A DNA stretch of 64,000 bases from an uncultured Desulfatitalea sp. (GCA_963668675.2 CAXXMB010000002.1:672001-736000); one strand, 5' to 3'. Numbered from the stretch's first letter, positions 20,509-30,338 are shown. Notes: a model not told the origin generated them from the sequence alone. Program-made: numbers and translations.

Positions 20509-21817
20509 AAAGCACGTTAAGCGTCTGTTTCATTCGGTCTTCTTCCGGCTCATTGCGGCCATTACCATTGCCGGCATCCTCATGACACTGACGGTGATGG
20601 GCGGTTTTTATACGATGAAAGAGACCATGGCTGAAACCTTCCGACGCAATTTCGCCCAGTATATCCACTACCTGATAGAAGACATCGGAGACCCGCCGGA
20701 CCGGATACGCGCAAAAGCCATCGCCGACCATACCGACATGAACATCCATTTCGAAAACCCGGAGACAGCCTGGACCGTCCCGGAAAGTGCCACCGTGCCC
20801 GATTTCAGTAATCCGAACCGTCTTTGGCACGACAGCAGGAAGGTGCAAGTCGGGGGAAGTCGCCATGGCCACTTTATAAAGGTTCATCACGGCGGTGGAC
20901 AACTTATCTTCTGGCGCCTGAAGAGCGATGCCTTTGAGCAGCAGGCGGCCAAAGCCGTGGTGAAAGTGTGTGTAGTGATGCTGCTGATCCTTACCGGGGC
21001 CTACCTCTATATCCGCAGAGTGATGCAGCCGGTGCGGTGGATGACCGCCGCAATGGACCAGTACGGTGACGGGAACCTCGACTACCGGATGCCGCTCAGG
21101 CGGGCCGATGAGTTTCAGGACCTTGCCGAAGCGGTCAATCGAATGGCCGATCGGATTCAAGCTCTGCTGGAGGCAAAAGAGAAGCTGCTGCTCGATGTCA
21201 GCCACGAACTGCGCACGCCCATCGCCCGCCTCAAGGTGGGTATCGAGCTCCTCTCCGATGAGGAGGACAAAGCCTCCCTCAGTGAAGACCTGGCCGAAAT
21301 GGAAGCCATGGTGAAGGAGATACTGGAAGCCGCCCGTCTGCGCCAATCCGCCGCCAGTCTCAACGTACAAAAGGTCGAGAGCGGAGCGTTTATCCAGTCG
21401 GTGGCAGAAGAATTTAGAGAGCGGCCGCCCGGTATTCAATTGATGACCATCGAAGAGACGACGCTCCTCCTCGACCCGCAGAAAGCGCGCACCGTGCTGA
21501 AAAATGTCATCGACAACGCCGTAAAATACTCCCACGAGAGCCAAGCCCCGGTGGAAATCGAAGCCAAGAGAGAAGAGGCGCGCTATCGCATCACGGTTCA
21601 GGATTTTGGCATCGGCATACCAGCCGACGACCTGAAGCGCGTGTTTGAACCCTTCTTTCGCGTGGACCTGTCAAGATCACGGGCCACCGGTGGATTCGGC
21701 CTTGGGCTTAGCCTGTGCAAAGCTATCATGGAGGCCCACGGTGGCGATATCCGCATCGAGAGCGAGCTGGGCCAAGGCACCCGGGTGATCATCTCATTCC
21801 CGATAGATCCGGACTGA
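20501..21817 (+). CDS. HAMP-domain sensor histidine kinase
   Basis: Two TM helices, HAMP, DVSHELRTP, NAVKYS, DFGIG, GGFGLGL; probable start MHKKH. Confidence 0.95.
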   Translation: MHKKHVKRLFHSVFFRLIAAITIAGILMTLTVMGGFYTMKETMAETFRRNFAQYIHYLIEDIGDPPDRIRAKAIADHTDMNIHFENPETAWTVPESATVPDFSNPNRLWHDSRKVQVGGSRHGHFIKVHHGGGQLIFWRLKSDAFEQQAAKAVVKVCVVMLLILTGAYLYIRRVMQPVRWMTAAMDQYGDGNLDYRMPLRRADEFQDLAEAVNRMADRIQALLEAKEKLLLDVSHELRTPIARLKVGIELLSDEEDKASLSEDLAEMEAMVKEILEAARLRQSAASLNVQKVESGAFIQSVAEEFRERPPGIQLMTIEETTLLLDPQKARTVLKNVIDNAVKYSHESQAPVEIEAKREEARYRITVQDFGIGIPADDLKRVFEPFFRVDLSRSRATGGFGLGLSLCKAIMEAHGGDIRIESELGQGTRVIISFPIDPD

Positions 21818-21842
21818 AAATGGCCAAATGATATCATCGGCT

Positions 21843-24107
21843 TTACTTCAGGATCTTGCTGTATATTGCCTTCCCATCTCCAGGTGCATAAAAGTCCGCG
21901 AGCACGGCTTCCAGCCGATAGCCGCTGTTCTCATAGAAGATCCGTGTACTGGCGTATTCGGCACGCTGGGAGGTCTCCACATAGATGCGTCGTCCCCCGG
22001 CTTTGTGGATGAGCCGTTCGGTCTCTTTTATCAATCTTCGCCCCATGCCCCGGCGCTGGAAATCGGGATGAACGGCGATCCAGTAAAGATCAAAGCTATT
22101 GGCACTTCCGGCGATGGGACCGTAACAGGTGTAGGCTACCAAACGCCCATAGTGCTCCGCCATCACGAAAAAGTATCCACTGGCATCGCCTTTGGCCAAC
22201 CGCTCATTGACCAGCTCCTGCGCCACACCCATCTCTGCCGTATTGAAAAAGCCGGTGATCTCCACAAGGCGACCAATACGTTCTGGATCTTGCGGCTCCA
22301 ACTCATGGCGCCAGCGAAGACCATGCATGGTCTCTTTGTTGGCTCTGCGAACCGCATACGTACTCTCGGTGGTCGCAGCGACCAACCCCCTGAAAAAATT
22401 CATACAGTTTGTGCCCAGCGTGCGGTTGCGGTATCCGCCCTCCTGGATCACCAGGGTGGGCAGTCCCAACTGGCCAATGATACGACCGTTGGCCTCAAAA
22501 TCCTTGGCGAGCAGATGCCAGGTACCGGTGGGGTCGCCCTTGGCAGTGTCCAAACCCAGGGCAATCAACAAAAATTGGGGCTTGAACGCCTCGATACGCA
22601 AAATGGCCTTGGCAAGCGCTTTTCGGTATTGCTCTCCATCGATCGATTCAGGCAACGGCATATTGCAGTTGAATCCCTCCCCCTCCCCCTCGCCCCGTTC
22701 ATCGTCGAACCCGGAAAAGTAAGGGTAGGCGAATTTCGGATGGCCGTGGATCGAGATGGTAAGCACATCGGATCGGCGGTAGAAGATATCCTGTTGCCCA
22801 TTGCCGTGATGGTAATCGATGTCCAATATAACCACCCGGCCATGACCACTTAAAAAGTGGGCGGCGATGGCGGTGTTGTTAAAATAGCAAAAACCGCCGA
22901 AGGCATTGCGCTCGGCATGGTGACCGGGCGGGCGTACCAACGCATATGCCACTCTCCGTCCCGCCAGTATTTCAGCGGCTGCGGTCAGGCTGCAATCCAC
23001 CCCGCGCCGCGCCGCTTTATATGCGTTGCGGTTGATGGGTGTGAAGGTGTCGATACAGTAGTAGCCGGCGAGAACCGAAGGCTCCTTGGGCGGCCGCGTC
23101 TTGTTGCGGATGGGGAAGATATACGGATAGAGCGATTTGCCTTCAGGCATCTCTTCGCAGGCCTTGCGCAGGTAGTTGACCAGATCGGTATCGTGCACTG
23201 CCGCGATATGTTTTCCGGAGAAGGTGCGCGGCTGGGAGAGCGCAAACAGGCCGCTGGGTTCCAATACCTTGAGGATGGTTCGAACCCGCACCGGCGCCTC
23301 CACATAGCCGCGGTCCTGCACGTGATGAATATCGTGGCGATCGTTGACAATCAGAGCGACCTGTTCGGTTGACCGACCGTTGACGTCCGTGCGCACCGCT
23401 TCAGGCTTGATGTAGCGAAACGGCCGCAGGCGAACAGGATCATCCCGAAACGAGGCGACCACCTTTTCAACATACTTGGGCGGGCAGTAGGAGGCATATT
23501 TGCGTTCAAGAATTGCGCGAACCACCTTGCGTGCGAAATCTTTTCGCAAGGATTGGGTGGTGTTCAGCCCATCGTAGACCAGATGCGGCATGCAGGTGTC
23601 TTCAGAGTGGATGCGCATCTCATAACCGGTCTGGATAATCGGTCTGGCGCCGTAACGCTCGTAAAATCTCAATCGCGAGCGATTCTGCTTGATCAGCTCC
23701 CTGTTTTCGCAATTTTGCGGGTCATCCGGAAGAGATTCGAAGAAAAGGCCTTCGGCATTTAACGCAACCGCTTCACTGCGAACCCGGTCGTAGAGCGCAC
23801 TGCCAAGACCGCCTCCGGTTTTGCCGCCAGCCAGGGCAATCCAGTCCAGATAGCAGAATCCGATCTCCGGTTCATGCAAAAGCATGGCGAATCCCATGAC
23901 GCGGTTCCGCAGGTTCTCTGCCACCAGAAGGATCGTACGAAAACGGTGCTTGAAAGGGTTGCGAAGCTTCTCGCCGATCAGAGCAAGCTCCTCTTCGGAA
24001 ACCCCATCAAACTGAACACGCAGAATCTCCCTTACCTGTTTGAGCATCTGCTGATTGATGGGCAACACATCGTCATAGACGCGTCGAATTTTAAGCACAG
24101 TCACCAC
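21843..24107 (-). CDS. GNAT - Zn-dependent deacetylase (HDAC/acetylpolyamine amidohydrolase-like) - GNAT fusion
   Basis: RPPGHHA, GFCYFNN, DIDYHHGNG, GLDT, EGGY; C-terminal WIAVHPDFQRRGMG; N-terminal GGGLGSALY...RFYERYG. Confidence 0.88.
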   Translation of the reverse strand: MVTVLKIRRVYDDVLPINQQMLKQVREILRVQFDGVSEEELALIGEKLRNPFKHRFRTILLVAENLRNRVMGFAMLLHEPEIGFCYLDWIALAGGKTGGGLGSALYDRVRSEAVALNAEGLFFESLPDDPQNCENRELIKQNRSRLRFYERYGARPIIQTGYEMRIHSEDTCMPHLVYDGLNTTQSLRKDFARKVVRAILERKYASYCPPKYVEKVVASFRDDPVRLRPFRYIKPEAVRTDVNGRSTEQVALIVNDRHDIHHVQDRGYVEAPVRVRTILKVLEPSGLFALSQPRTFSGKHIAAVHDTDLVNYLRKACEEMPEGKSLYPYIFPIRNKTRPPKEPSVLAGYYCIDTFTPINRNAYKAARRGVDCSLTAAAEILAGRRVAYALVRPPGHHAERNAFGGFCYFNNTAIAAHFLSGHGRVVILDIDYHHGNGQQDIFYRRSDVLTISIHGHPKFAYPYFSGFDDERGEGEGEGFNCNMPLPESIDGEQYRKALAKAILRIEAFKPQFLLIALGLDTAKGDPTGTWHLLAKDFEANGRIIGQLGLPTLVIQEGGYRNRTLGTNCMNFFRGLVAATTESTYAVRRANKETMHGLRWRHELEPQDPERIGRLVEITGFFNTAEMGVAQELVNERLAKGDASGYFFVMAEHYGRLVAYTCYGPIAGSANSFDLYWIAVHPDFQRRGMGRRLIKETERLIHKAGGRRIYVETSQRAEYASTRIFYENSGYRLEAVLADFYAPGDGKAIYSKILK

Positions 24108-25167
24108 CTTGATGGATCGTATCGAAATGAGACCCTTTTGCTTCGGGGAGACCGGCCGAAGCCACGATCAGCTCAATGGCCTGACCGTAGGTCATCCCGG
24201 ATCGTTCGACGGCCGCTGCGAAACCTGCGTCCGGCGAGATGCAGGGATTGGTATTGATCTCCAATACCCACGGCCGGTTATCGGCATCGACACGGAAGTC
24301 CACGCGGGCATAGCCACTTAACTCGAACAGATCCCAACATTTCAGCGCCGTTGCGGTAAGCCGGGCCAAAAGAGGGGTCTCGTGCGGTTCAAAATCGAAG
24401 TGGCGCGGCGTGTGGTGATAAGCGTAACTCTCTTCGTGCCACTTCGCACTGTAATCGACAATTCGGGGGCGATCGTCGGCAAAGCCTTCAAATATGATTT
24501 CCGCGGGAGGAAGCACTTTGGGACCGCCATGGTAACCCATCAGCGACAAATTAAACTCGCGCCCCTCGATGAATGCTTCCGCGAAGCACGCCCCTCCCAG
24601 TTGCGGCGCTCGCTCGGCCATCATAACGGGCAGAAGATGGGTTTGCATGCCCTCGACGATGGCCGTTTCGTCCAAGCCCATGGATGCGTGCTCCCAGACC
24701 GATTTGATGATCCAACGCCGGGGCCGATCAGCCTCATCCGGAAGCACACAACCTGGTCCGATGCCGCAAAAACCGACCCATTGGGGCGTGGGCACGCCCC
24801 TGTCGTCGAGCCGGGTTTTGGCCAATACTTTGTTGGATGTCAGAAAGAGCGCTTCGGCCGATGCGCCGGTGTAAGGCATCCCCAAGGTGTCCAGCAACGC
24901 CGGAAAACAGTGGATCAGCCTGCCCGAACCGGCCAGAGACTCGACCAGATTGAAGATAAGATCGGGCTTGAGTTTCCCCAGCCGGTCTGCCACCGAAGCC
25001 AAATTGAGGTCACACGCCAACACCTCGGTATGGTGGCCCAAATGGTGAAGGGCATCCGTTACCGCTCGCACCTGGGCCAGCACATCCAGTTCATCCGGCG
25101 TGCTGGATTGGGCCAAGGCGTTATGAACAACAGCCACAAGCAAGGAGCGCCTCCTTCCTCGAGCCAT
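24091..25167 (-). CDS. ATP-grasp ligase, D-Ala-D-Ala-ligase-like (2)
   Basis: FNLVES, PYTG, NKVLAK, EAFIEGREF, YARVDFR, EINTNP. Confidence 0.88.
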   Translation of the reverse strand: MARGRRRSLLVAVVHNALAQSSTPDELDVLAQVRAVTDALHHLGHHTEVLACDLNLASVADRLGKLKPDLIFNLVESLAGSGRLIHCFPALLDTLGMPYTGASAEALFLTSNKVLAKTRLDDRGVPTPQWVGFCGIGPGCVLPDEADRPRRWIIKSVWEHASMGLDETAIVEGMQTHLLPVMMAERAPQLGGACFAEAFIEGREFNLSLMGYHGGPKVLPPAEIIFEGFADDRPRIVDYSAKWHEESYAYHHTPRHFDFEPHETPLLARLTATALKCWDLFELSGYARVDFRVDADNRPWVLEINTNPCISPDAGFAAAVERSGMTYGQAIELIVASAGLPEAKGSHFDTIHQGGDCA

Positions 25168-26158
25168 TAACCGCCCCCCGGACGCGCTGCGTGGCTGAGT
25201 CCAAAATCCAACCGATCAACTGAACGTAATCAACCCCGAGTGCACTGCATAGAATCGGAAGATCTGAATGCTGGGGATGCAGCCCGGCCAGCGGATTGAC
25301 CTCCATAAATTGAGGTGAACCAGTCTCATCACAGCGGATGTCCACCCGCCCGCCGTCCCGGCAGCCCAAAACCCGCCATGCTTCCAGCGCAATCTCTTCC
25401 GATCGCGCCACGGTGCGACTCTCCTCGGGACGAACCACGGCGTAGGTCACCCTATCTTCGCAATACTCTTTATTGGTATAAGAGTAGACATTGGGGTCCG
25501 CGTTTTGAAGCAACGTCACCTCGAGGGTCCCCAGCACCCGGGATTGAGCACCGGTGCCGATGATGCCGACGGTAAACTCCCTGCCCGGCAGGAACTGCTC
25601 AACCAGTACCGGCTGCCGGAAATGCGATATCAGTTTTTCGCAAGCAGCCGCCAGATCATCTTGGGCGCGCACGATCGATTCGACCGTCACCCCTTTTCCG
25701 GTACCTTCGGCCACAGGTTTTAAGAAATAAGGTGGTGCAAAACCGATATGGCGCACCTCTTCGGGTGCATCGACAACCGCAAAATCGCAGCAAGGAATGC
25801 CGGCGTCGCGCACCACCCGCTTGGTCATCCCTTTATGCAGGGTCAGGGCCATGACCAACGGATCGGAGAAGGTATATGGTATGCCGAAAAGATCCAGGAT
25901 GGCAGGCACCTGGGCTTCCCTTCCAATACCGTGCAAGCCCTCTGCGATGTTGAACACCAGGTCCCAGCGATCTCCCCGTGCCAACCGATCGATCAACTGT
26001 CTGGCATGGCCGATGCGCTCGGGCAGGAAACCCAATGCTGCCAGGGCCGCTTCGATGGCGGAAATGGTGTCGTCCCGGTCGAATTCGGCCGTCTCCTCCT
26101 CGCTGTATCCGGCCTTCAGATATTCGGAGCGCATATCATACGTAATGCCAATTTTCAT
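25121..26158 (-). CDS. ATP-grasp ligase, D-Ala-D-Ala-ligase-like (1)
   Basis: FNIAEG, LKPVAEGTGKG, EQFLPGREF, GRVDIR, EVNPLAG. Confidence 0.88.
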   Translation of the reverse strand: MKIGITYDMRSEYLKAGYSEEETAEFDRDDTISAIEAALAALGFLPERIGHARQLIDRLARGDRWDLVFNIAEGLHGIGREAQVPAILDLFGIPYTFSDPLVMALTLHKGMTKRVVRDAGIPCCDFAVVDAPEEVRHIGFAPPYFLKPVAEGTGKGVTVESIVRAQDDLAAACEKLISHFRQPVLVEQFLPGREFTVGIIGTGAQSRVLGTLEVTLLQNADPNVYSYTNKEYCEDRVTYAVVRPEESRTVARSEEIALEAWRVLGCRDGGRVDIRCDETGSPQFMEVNPLAGLHPQHSDLPILCSALGVDYVQLIGWILDSATQRVRGAVNGSRKEALLACGCCS

Positions 26159-26181
26159 CTCATCTCTTCTTTCAGTATTCG

Positions 26182-27474
26182 TTATGGTGCATCAGGGTAA
26201 CGGTATAACTTCTCTTCATAATTCCTCAAGACGATGCTGTCGCCATCTCGCCCCTGGCAGTAGTCCGGCATCAACGGTATTTTGCCTCCGCCTCCCGGTG
26301 CGTCGATGACATAGGTAGGTATGGCGTAGCCTGAGGTGAACCCCCTCAGCCCGCGAATAATCTCCAACCCCTTATCCACTGATGTGCGAAAATGGGATGA
26401 ACCGGTGATGGGGTCGCATTGGTACAGATAATAGGGCCTGACACGCATCTTGAGCAGGTGATGCAGCAAATCCCGCATGACCTCCACAGAGTCATTAATG
26501 CCGCGCAGCAGTACGGTCTGGGATCCCAGAGGGATGCCGGCATCCGCCAAGCGCTGGCATGCGCGGTAAGCCTCGGGGGTGCACTCATCCGGGTGGGTAA
26601 AGTGCAAACTCATCCACAGCGGATGATAGCGGCGCAGCATCTTTACCAACTGCGGCGTGATCCGCTGGGGAAGTACCGCCGGAATCTTGGTTCCGATCCG
26701 GATGATTTCGACATGCTCGATTTGCCGGAGTCGTTTCAAGAGCCACTCCAGACGCACATCCCCCAGGGTTAAGGGATCACCTCCGGACAGCAGTACATCC
26801 CGTATCGAGGGGGTTCGACGAATATAGTCGAGGGCCTGCTCCAGACGTCTCCGGTTAAAAAACAGGCGGCCGTGCCCCACGATCCGCGAACGGGTGCAAT
26901 AGCGGCAATAGGTTGAGCAGAAATCGAGCGTTAAAAACAGTACGCGATCAGGATAGCGGTGGACCAGACCCGGTACCGGACTCTGGTTCTCTTCGCCCAA
27001 TGGATCATCCGCTTCACCCGGAAGGGCAATGAACTCGTTCACCGTCGGAACCACCGTCCGCCGCAATGCATATTCTGTGTCGCGGTCCGCCAGCAAGCTG
27101 AGAAAATAGGGCGTGATGGCCAGCGGCAACTTGGTCTGATGATCTTCCAAAGCGGCCTTTTCCGCAGATGTTAGCACCAAAAACTTTTCCAGCACATCCT
27201 TTGAACGCACCCTGTTGGCGATTTGCCAACGCCAGTCGTTCCACTGGCGGTCTGTGATGCCTGAAAAGTAGGTTTGCTTGAATTTTCTTGCCGTTCGGCT
27301 TGTTGAGGAGAGGGGTTTAACTGGAGGAAGGGCCTTAAGGGCCGGTAGGTCGGAAATGGTCACTCCGACTGATCTGCTGGGAGGCTCTTCTTCGACCTCG
27401 GAACTCGTGTCGGTCGAGCATTTCACTTCTGACACCTTTTTGAGGTGCACGAATCGACGTGTGGTTAAGCGCAT
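26182..27474 (-). CDS. KamA-family radical SAM/PLP aminomutase (lysine 2,3-aminomutase-like)
   Basis: HRYPDR, CSTYCRYC, SGGDPL, YQCD, DAPGGGGKIP (PLP Lys). Confidence 0.92.
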   Translation of the reverse strand: MRLTTRRFVHLKKVSEVKCSTDTSSEVEEEPPSRSVGVTISDLPALKALPPVKPLSSTSRTARKFKQTYFSGITDRQWNDWRWQIANRVRSKDVLEKFLVLTSAEKAALEDHQTKLPLAITPYFLSLLADRDTEYALRRTVVPTVNEFIALPGEADDPLGEENQSPVPGLVHRYPDRVLFLTLDFCSTYCRYCTRSRIVGHGRLFFNRRRLEQALDYIRRTPSIRDVLLSGGDPLTLGDVRLEWLLKRLRQIEHVEIIRIGTKIPAVLPQRITPQLVKMLRRYHPLWMSLHFTHPDECTPEAYRACQRLADAGIPLGSQTVLLRGINDSVEVMRDLLHHLLKMRVRPYYLYQCDPITGSSHFRTSVDKGLEIIRGLRGFTSGYAIPTYVIDAPGGGGKIPLMPDYCQGRDGDSIVLRNYEEKLYRYPDAP

Positions 27475-27574
27475 TGGGAATGGACTCCTTTATAGTCTAT
27501 CGACAGTACCTAATATGACAAGAAATGGGCACCATCCAATCCAGATGGTGCCCACGCTGAAGATCCGCATTGTG

Positions 27575-27847
27575 CTATTCGATAACTTTAAAACTGACGA
27601 CCTTAAGCGTCTTGCTGCCGTCTTCCTCCATGAGGGTGCCTTGGACTTCGACCTTCTTTCCCACGTTGGCGACCAGGTCATCACCCTTTTCATCCTCTGC
27701 GACATCATAGACGTCACCGTTGTCGGCAACGATCTGGTAGTCACCATTGACTTCACCGGTGATGGTTACCTCGCCGGCCAAGGCCGTACCGAGACCCCAC
27801 ACTGCCAGAAGAACGGCTGCTAAAAGAACCACGGTTTTTACTTTCAT
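27575..27847 (-). CDS. Small exported acidic protein (OB-fold-like)
   Basis: AAGGAG RBS, signal peptide MKVKTVVLLAAV..ALA, short beta-rich acidic domain. Confidence 0.7.
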   Translation of the reverse strand: MKVKTVVLLAAVLLAVWGLGTALAGEVTITGEVNGDYQIVADNGDVYDVAEDEKGDDLVANVGKKVEVQGTLMEEDGSKTLKVVSFKVIE

Positions 27848-28281
27848 CTCAATCTCCTTGTTGATGATCATGACGGCCGTACTGATGGCAACACTATAAC
27901 CAATTTGCGTGCCAAAACTTAACCGCCTGTATTTGCTAATATAAGTATACACCCCCCTTTTGGTGCCGGAACCATCAGTTCCGCAAACCAGATGCGGCAT
28001 CGCACATTCATCTATTCGACTCCCAATCCAGGCCCTATCAGAGAAGCAAGAGCGAAAGCTGGATAGGGAATCGTCGGTTCCTAATCTCAGATAAACAGAA
28101 CTTCATATTCTGATATGGCAATCGAGAAAAAGGGAGATAAGGACCGTGCTTGCGATTTATATTTTAACCGATTTGACAATCGCCCCTTAAACAGAGTAAG
28201 CGCCTGGGGGAATTGGTGTTGTGCCGGTTCGTGTGACAGGAACACCCGCATCCCGCTGACAAAGGAACGATAGGAAATTGC

Positions 28282-28545
28282 ATGAAAAGCTTTGAAGGCC
28301 TGTTTCGTGAACTCCAGCAGAAGGTGGCCACACAAAACCCCGATTCGGGCACGGTACGTCTTGTGGAGAAGGGGCGCCATGCCATCGGGAAAAAAATCAT
28401 CGAAGAAGCTGGAGAGGTATGGATGGCGGCAGAGTACGAGGGACGAGAGAAGACCGCCGAGGAGATCTCCCAACTGATCTACCACCTTCAGGTGATGATG
28501 ATCGATTGCGAACTGGAGTTGGAAGACGTTTATAAATATCTGTAG
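28282..28545 (+). CDS. hisE: Phosphoribosyl-ATP diphosphatase
   Basis: [27 protein letters not shown]; adjacent to hisG. Confidence 0.93.
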   Translation: MKSFEGLFRELQQKVATQNPDSGTVRLVEKGRHAIGKKIIEEAGEVWMAAEYEGREKTAEEISQLIYHLQVMMIDCELELEDVYKYL

Positions 28546-28613
28546 ATGCAAAGCTGGTTTTAAAATATGTTTGCGTGCCGTTTGACGGTGCGCATCGATT
28601 ATGGAGGTGTCTT

Positions 28614-29462
28614 TTGCTTCAGATTGCACTGCCCAATAAAGGTTCTCTCTCCGAGGCGGCCATCGAGCTGGTTCGCGAAGCCGGCTACCATTGTCGCCGC
28701 TACAGCCGCGAACTGGTGGTGCGCGACAAGTCTCACCCCATCGAATATATCTTCCTGCGCCCCAAGGACATCGCAGTATACGTCAGCCGCGGATTGTTGG
28801 ATCTGGGAATTACGGGACGCGACTTGGCGCTGGACAGCCGGGCCGATTTCGAGGAGCTGTTACCGCTTCAGTTCGGTCGTTCGTCCTTTTATTACGCTGT
28901 CCCCCAGGAGAGCGACCTGACGCCCGACCAGTTTAATGGGCTGCGCATCGCCACTTCCTATGCGAATATCGTTAAGGCAGATCTTCAAAAAAGAGGGGTG
29001 AGTGCCGAGGTGGTCCATCTGGACGGCGCTGTAGAGATCTCCATCCGTCTGGGAGTGGCAGACGCCATTGCCGATGTGGTCGAATCGGGCCGCACAATGA
29101 TGGAAGCCGGGCTCAAGACCGTCGGTGAGCCCCTCGTCTCCTCGGAGGCGATTCTTATCGCACGAGACCCAAGCGTGGCCCGGAATGATTTGGTCAGGCA
29201 GTTCAGTGAGCGCCTCAAAGGCATCATCGTGGCGCGGTCTTATGTGATGGTGGAGTATGACACCCCCAATGCGCTTCTGGAGATGGCCTGCATGATCACC
29301 CCCGGGATTGAGGCTCCCACAGTGGCGCCGCTCAGCCGTGAGGGCTGGGTGGCCATCAAGTCTATGGCCAAAAAGAGCGAGGTCAACGATATCATGGATC
29401 AACTGGCCAAGATGGGGGCTAAAGGAATTATCGTGACGCCCATTCGCACCTGTCGAATCTGA
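28614..29462 (+). CDS. hisG: ATP phosphoribosyltransferase (long form)
   Basis: IALPNKGSL, LRPKDI, DLGITGRD, GAVEIS..LGVADAIADVVESG, C-terminal regulatory domain; GGAGG + TTG 28614. Confidence 0.95.
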   Translation: MLQIALPNKGSLSEAAIELVREAGYHCRRYSRELVVRDKSHPIEYIFLRPKDIAVYVSRGLLDLGITGRDLALDSRADFEELLPLQFGRSSFYYAVPQESDLTPDQFNGLRIATSYANIVKADLQKRGVSAEVVHLDGAVEISIRLGVADAIADVVESGRTMMEAGLKTVGEPLVSSEAILIARDPSVARNDLVRQFSERLKGIIVARSYVMVEYDTPNALLEMACMITPGIEAPTVAPLSREGWVAIKSMAKKSEVNDIMDQLAKMGAKGIIVTPIRTCRI

Positions 29463-29487
29463 GCATCACCGATCGAAGGCCTGCGCT

Positions 29488-30138
29488 TTAAAAACGAAAA
29501 CCGGCCGACAAGGTGATGGTGTAACCAATCAGGTCACCATCCAGGTCGATGAGAAGCGGCCCCTCGGTCTCGTGAAGATCGACATCGTCGGTCCAGCGAT
29601 ACAGCCCCTGCAAACCGACGAAAAAGCGTTGGGTAATGTCATAGTTTGCCCCGATCACCGCATGGGCCCCAAAGACGCCATCGCCATCATCCGAATCGAA
29701 GTCGCCCATCGTCTGTGTATCGAGCTCCGAACTGAGGGAGACGAAGTAGTACCCCACACCACCGCCACCAAAAATCCTCACCGGACCGACAGGAAACTCC
29801 CCCTTCAACGTGGCCAGCACACCGAATACAGCCAGAACGTCTTCGCGCTCATAATTGCCCGTAGCCGTGGAAAAGCCGTCAGACTCGCTGTCCGCGCCGA
29901 AAAAATCGATCTCCGCCTCAAGAATCAGGTAGCGGTTCAGGTAGCGGCCATATCGACCTCCGACGGCCAAACCAGCGCCGAAGCCGGCATCATCCATATC
30001 TTCCGTGAAATCGTTCACCCCTAAATGAATCTGTCCGTAGTTGCGATAGGTGCTATCGGCTTCCGCCCCGGCGCTACCCGTAAATCCAGCAGCCAAAACC
30101 ATCAAGACCAAAACCACCAAAGCCAATTTCTTCATCAT
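29488..30138 (-). CDS. Small outer-membrane beta-barrel protein (8-strand type)
   Basis: Signal peptide, FGGGGVGYY, terminal AGFRF. Confidence 0.82.
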   Translation of the reverse strand: MMKKLALVVLVLMVLAAGFTGSAGAEADSTYRNYGQIHLGVNDFTEDMDDAGFGAGLAVGGRYGRYLNRYLILEAEIDFFGADSESDGFSTATGNYEREDVLAVFGVLATLKGEFPVGPVRIFGGGGVGYYFVSLSSELDTQTMGDFDSDDGDGVFGAHAVIGANYDITQRFFVGLQGLYRWTDDVDLHETEGPLLIDLDGDLIGYTITLSAGFRF

Positions 30139-30202
30139 CGTCACCCCTCCCTCTTTCTTTCTTTGGCCATCGTCACGATCCTTCACCTTGTTCATTCATT
30201 CT

Positions 30203-30338
30203 TGACGATTTCGTAAAAGGTCATCAATCTACCTGTATCGTCATTCCGGCGAAAGCCAGAATCCAGTCTTTTCAATGGGTTCTGGACGCCGGATCAAGTC
30301 CGGCATGACGGGTGAGGAACTTTTTTACGAGTTGATCA
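30203..30338. mobile_element. MITE-like element enclosing a CGTC-type palindromic repeat
   Basis: Imperfect TIR tgacgatttcgtaaaaggt / acttttttacgagttgatca; TTCT on both flanks; inner CGTCATTCCGGC...CCGGCATGACG 30239-30310. Confidence 0.6.

Noticed and set aside
24091..26158. Housekeeping ddl genes
   Set aside because: Lack the typical N-terminal GGxSxE motif and mur/dcw context; tandem divergent pair in an aminomutase operon
26182..27474. EF-P modification enzyme EpmB or lysine-fermentation kamA
   Set aside because: No efp/epmA or kamDE/kdd genes nearby; context points to a separate pathway
27899..27914. Sigma-54 promoter upstream of the small exported protein and KamA operon (similar motif near 45612-45627)
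   Set aside because: -24 box fits but -12 reads TTGG rather than TTGC; not supportable without data
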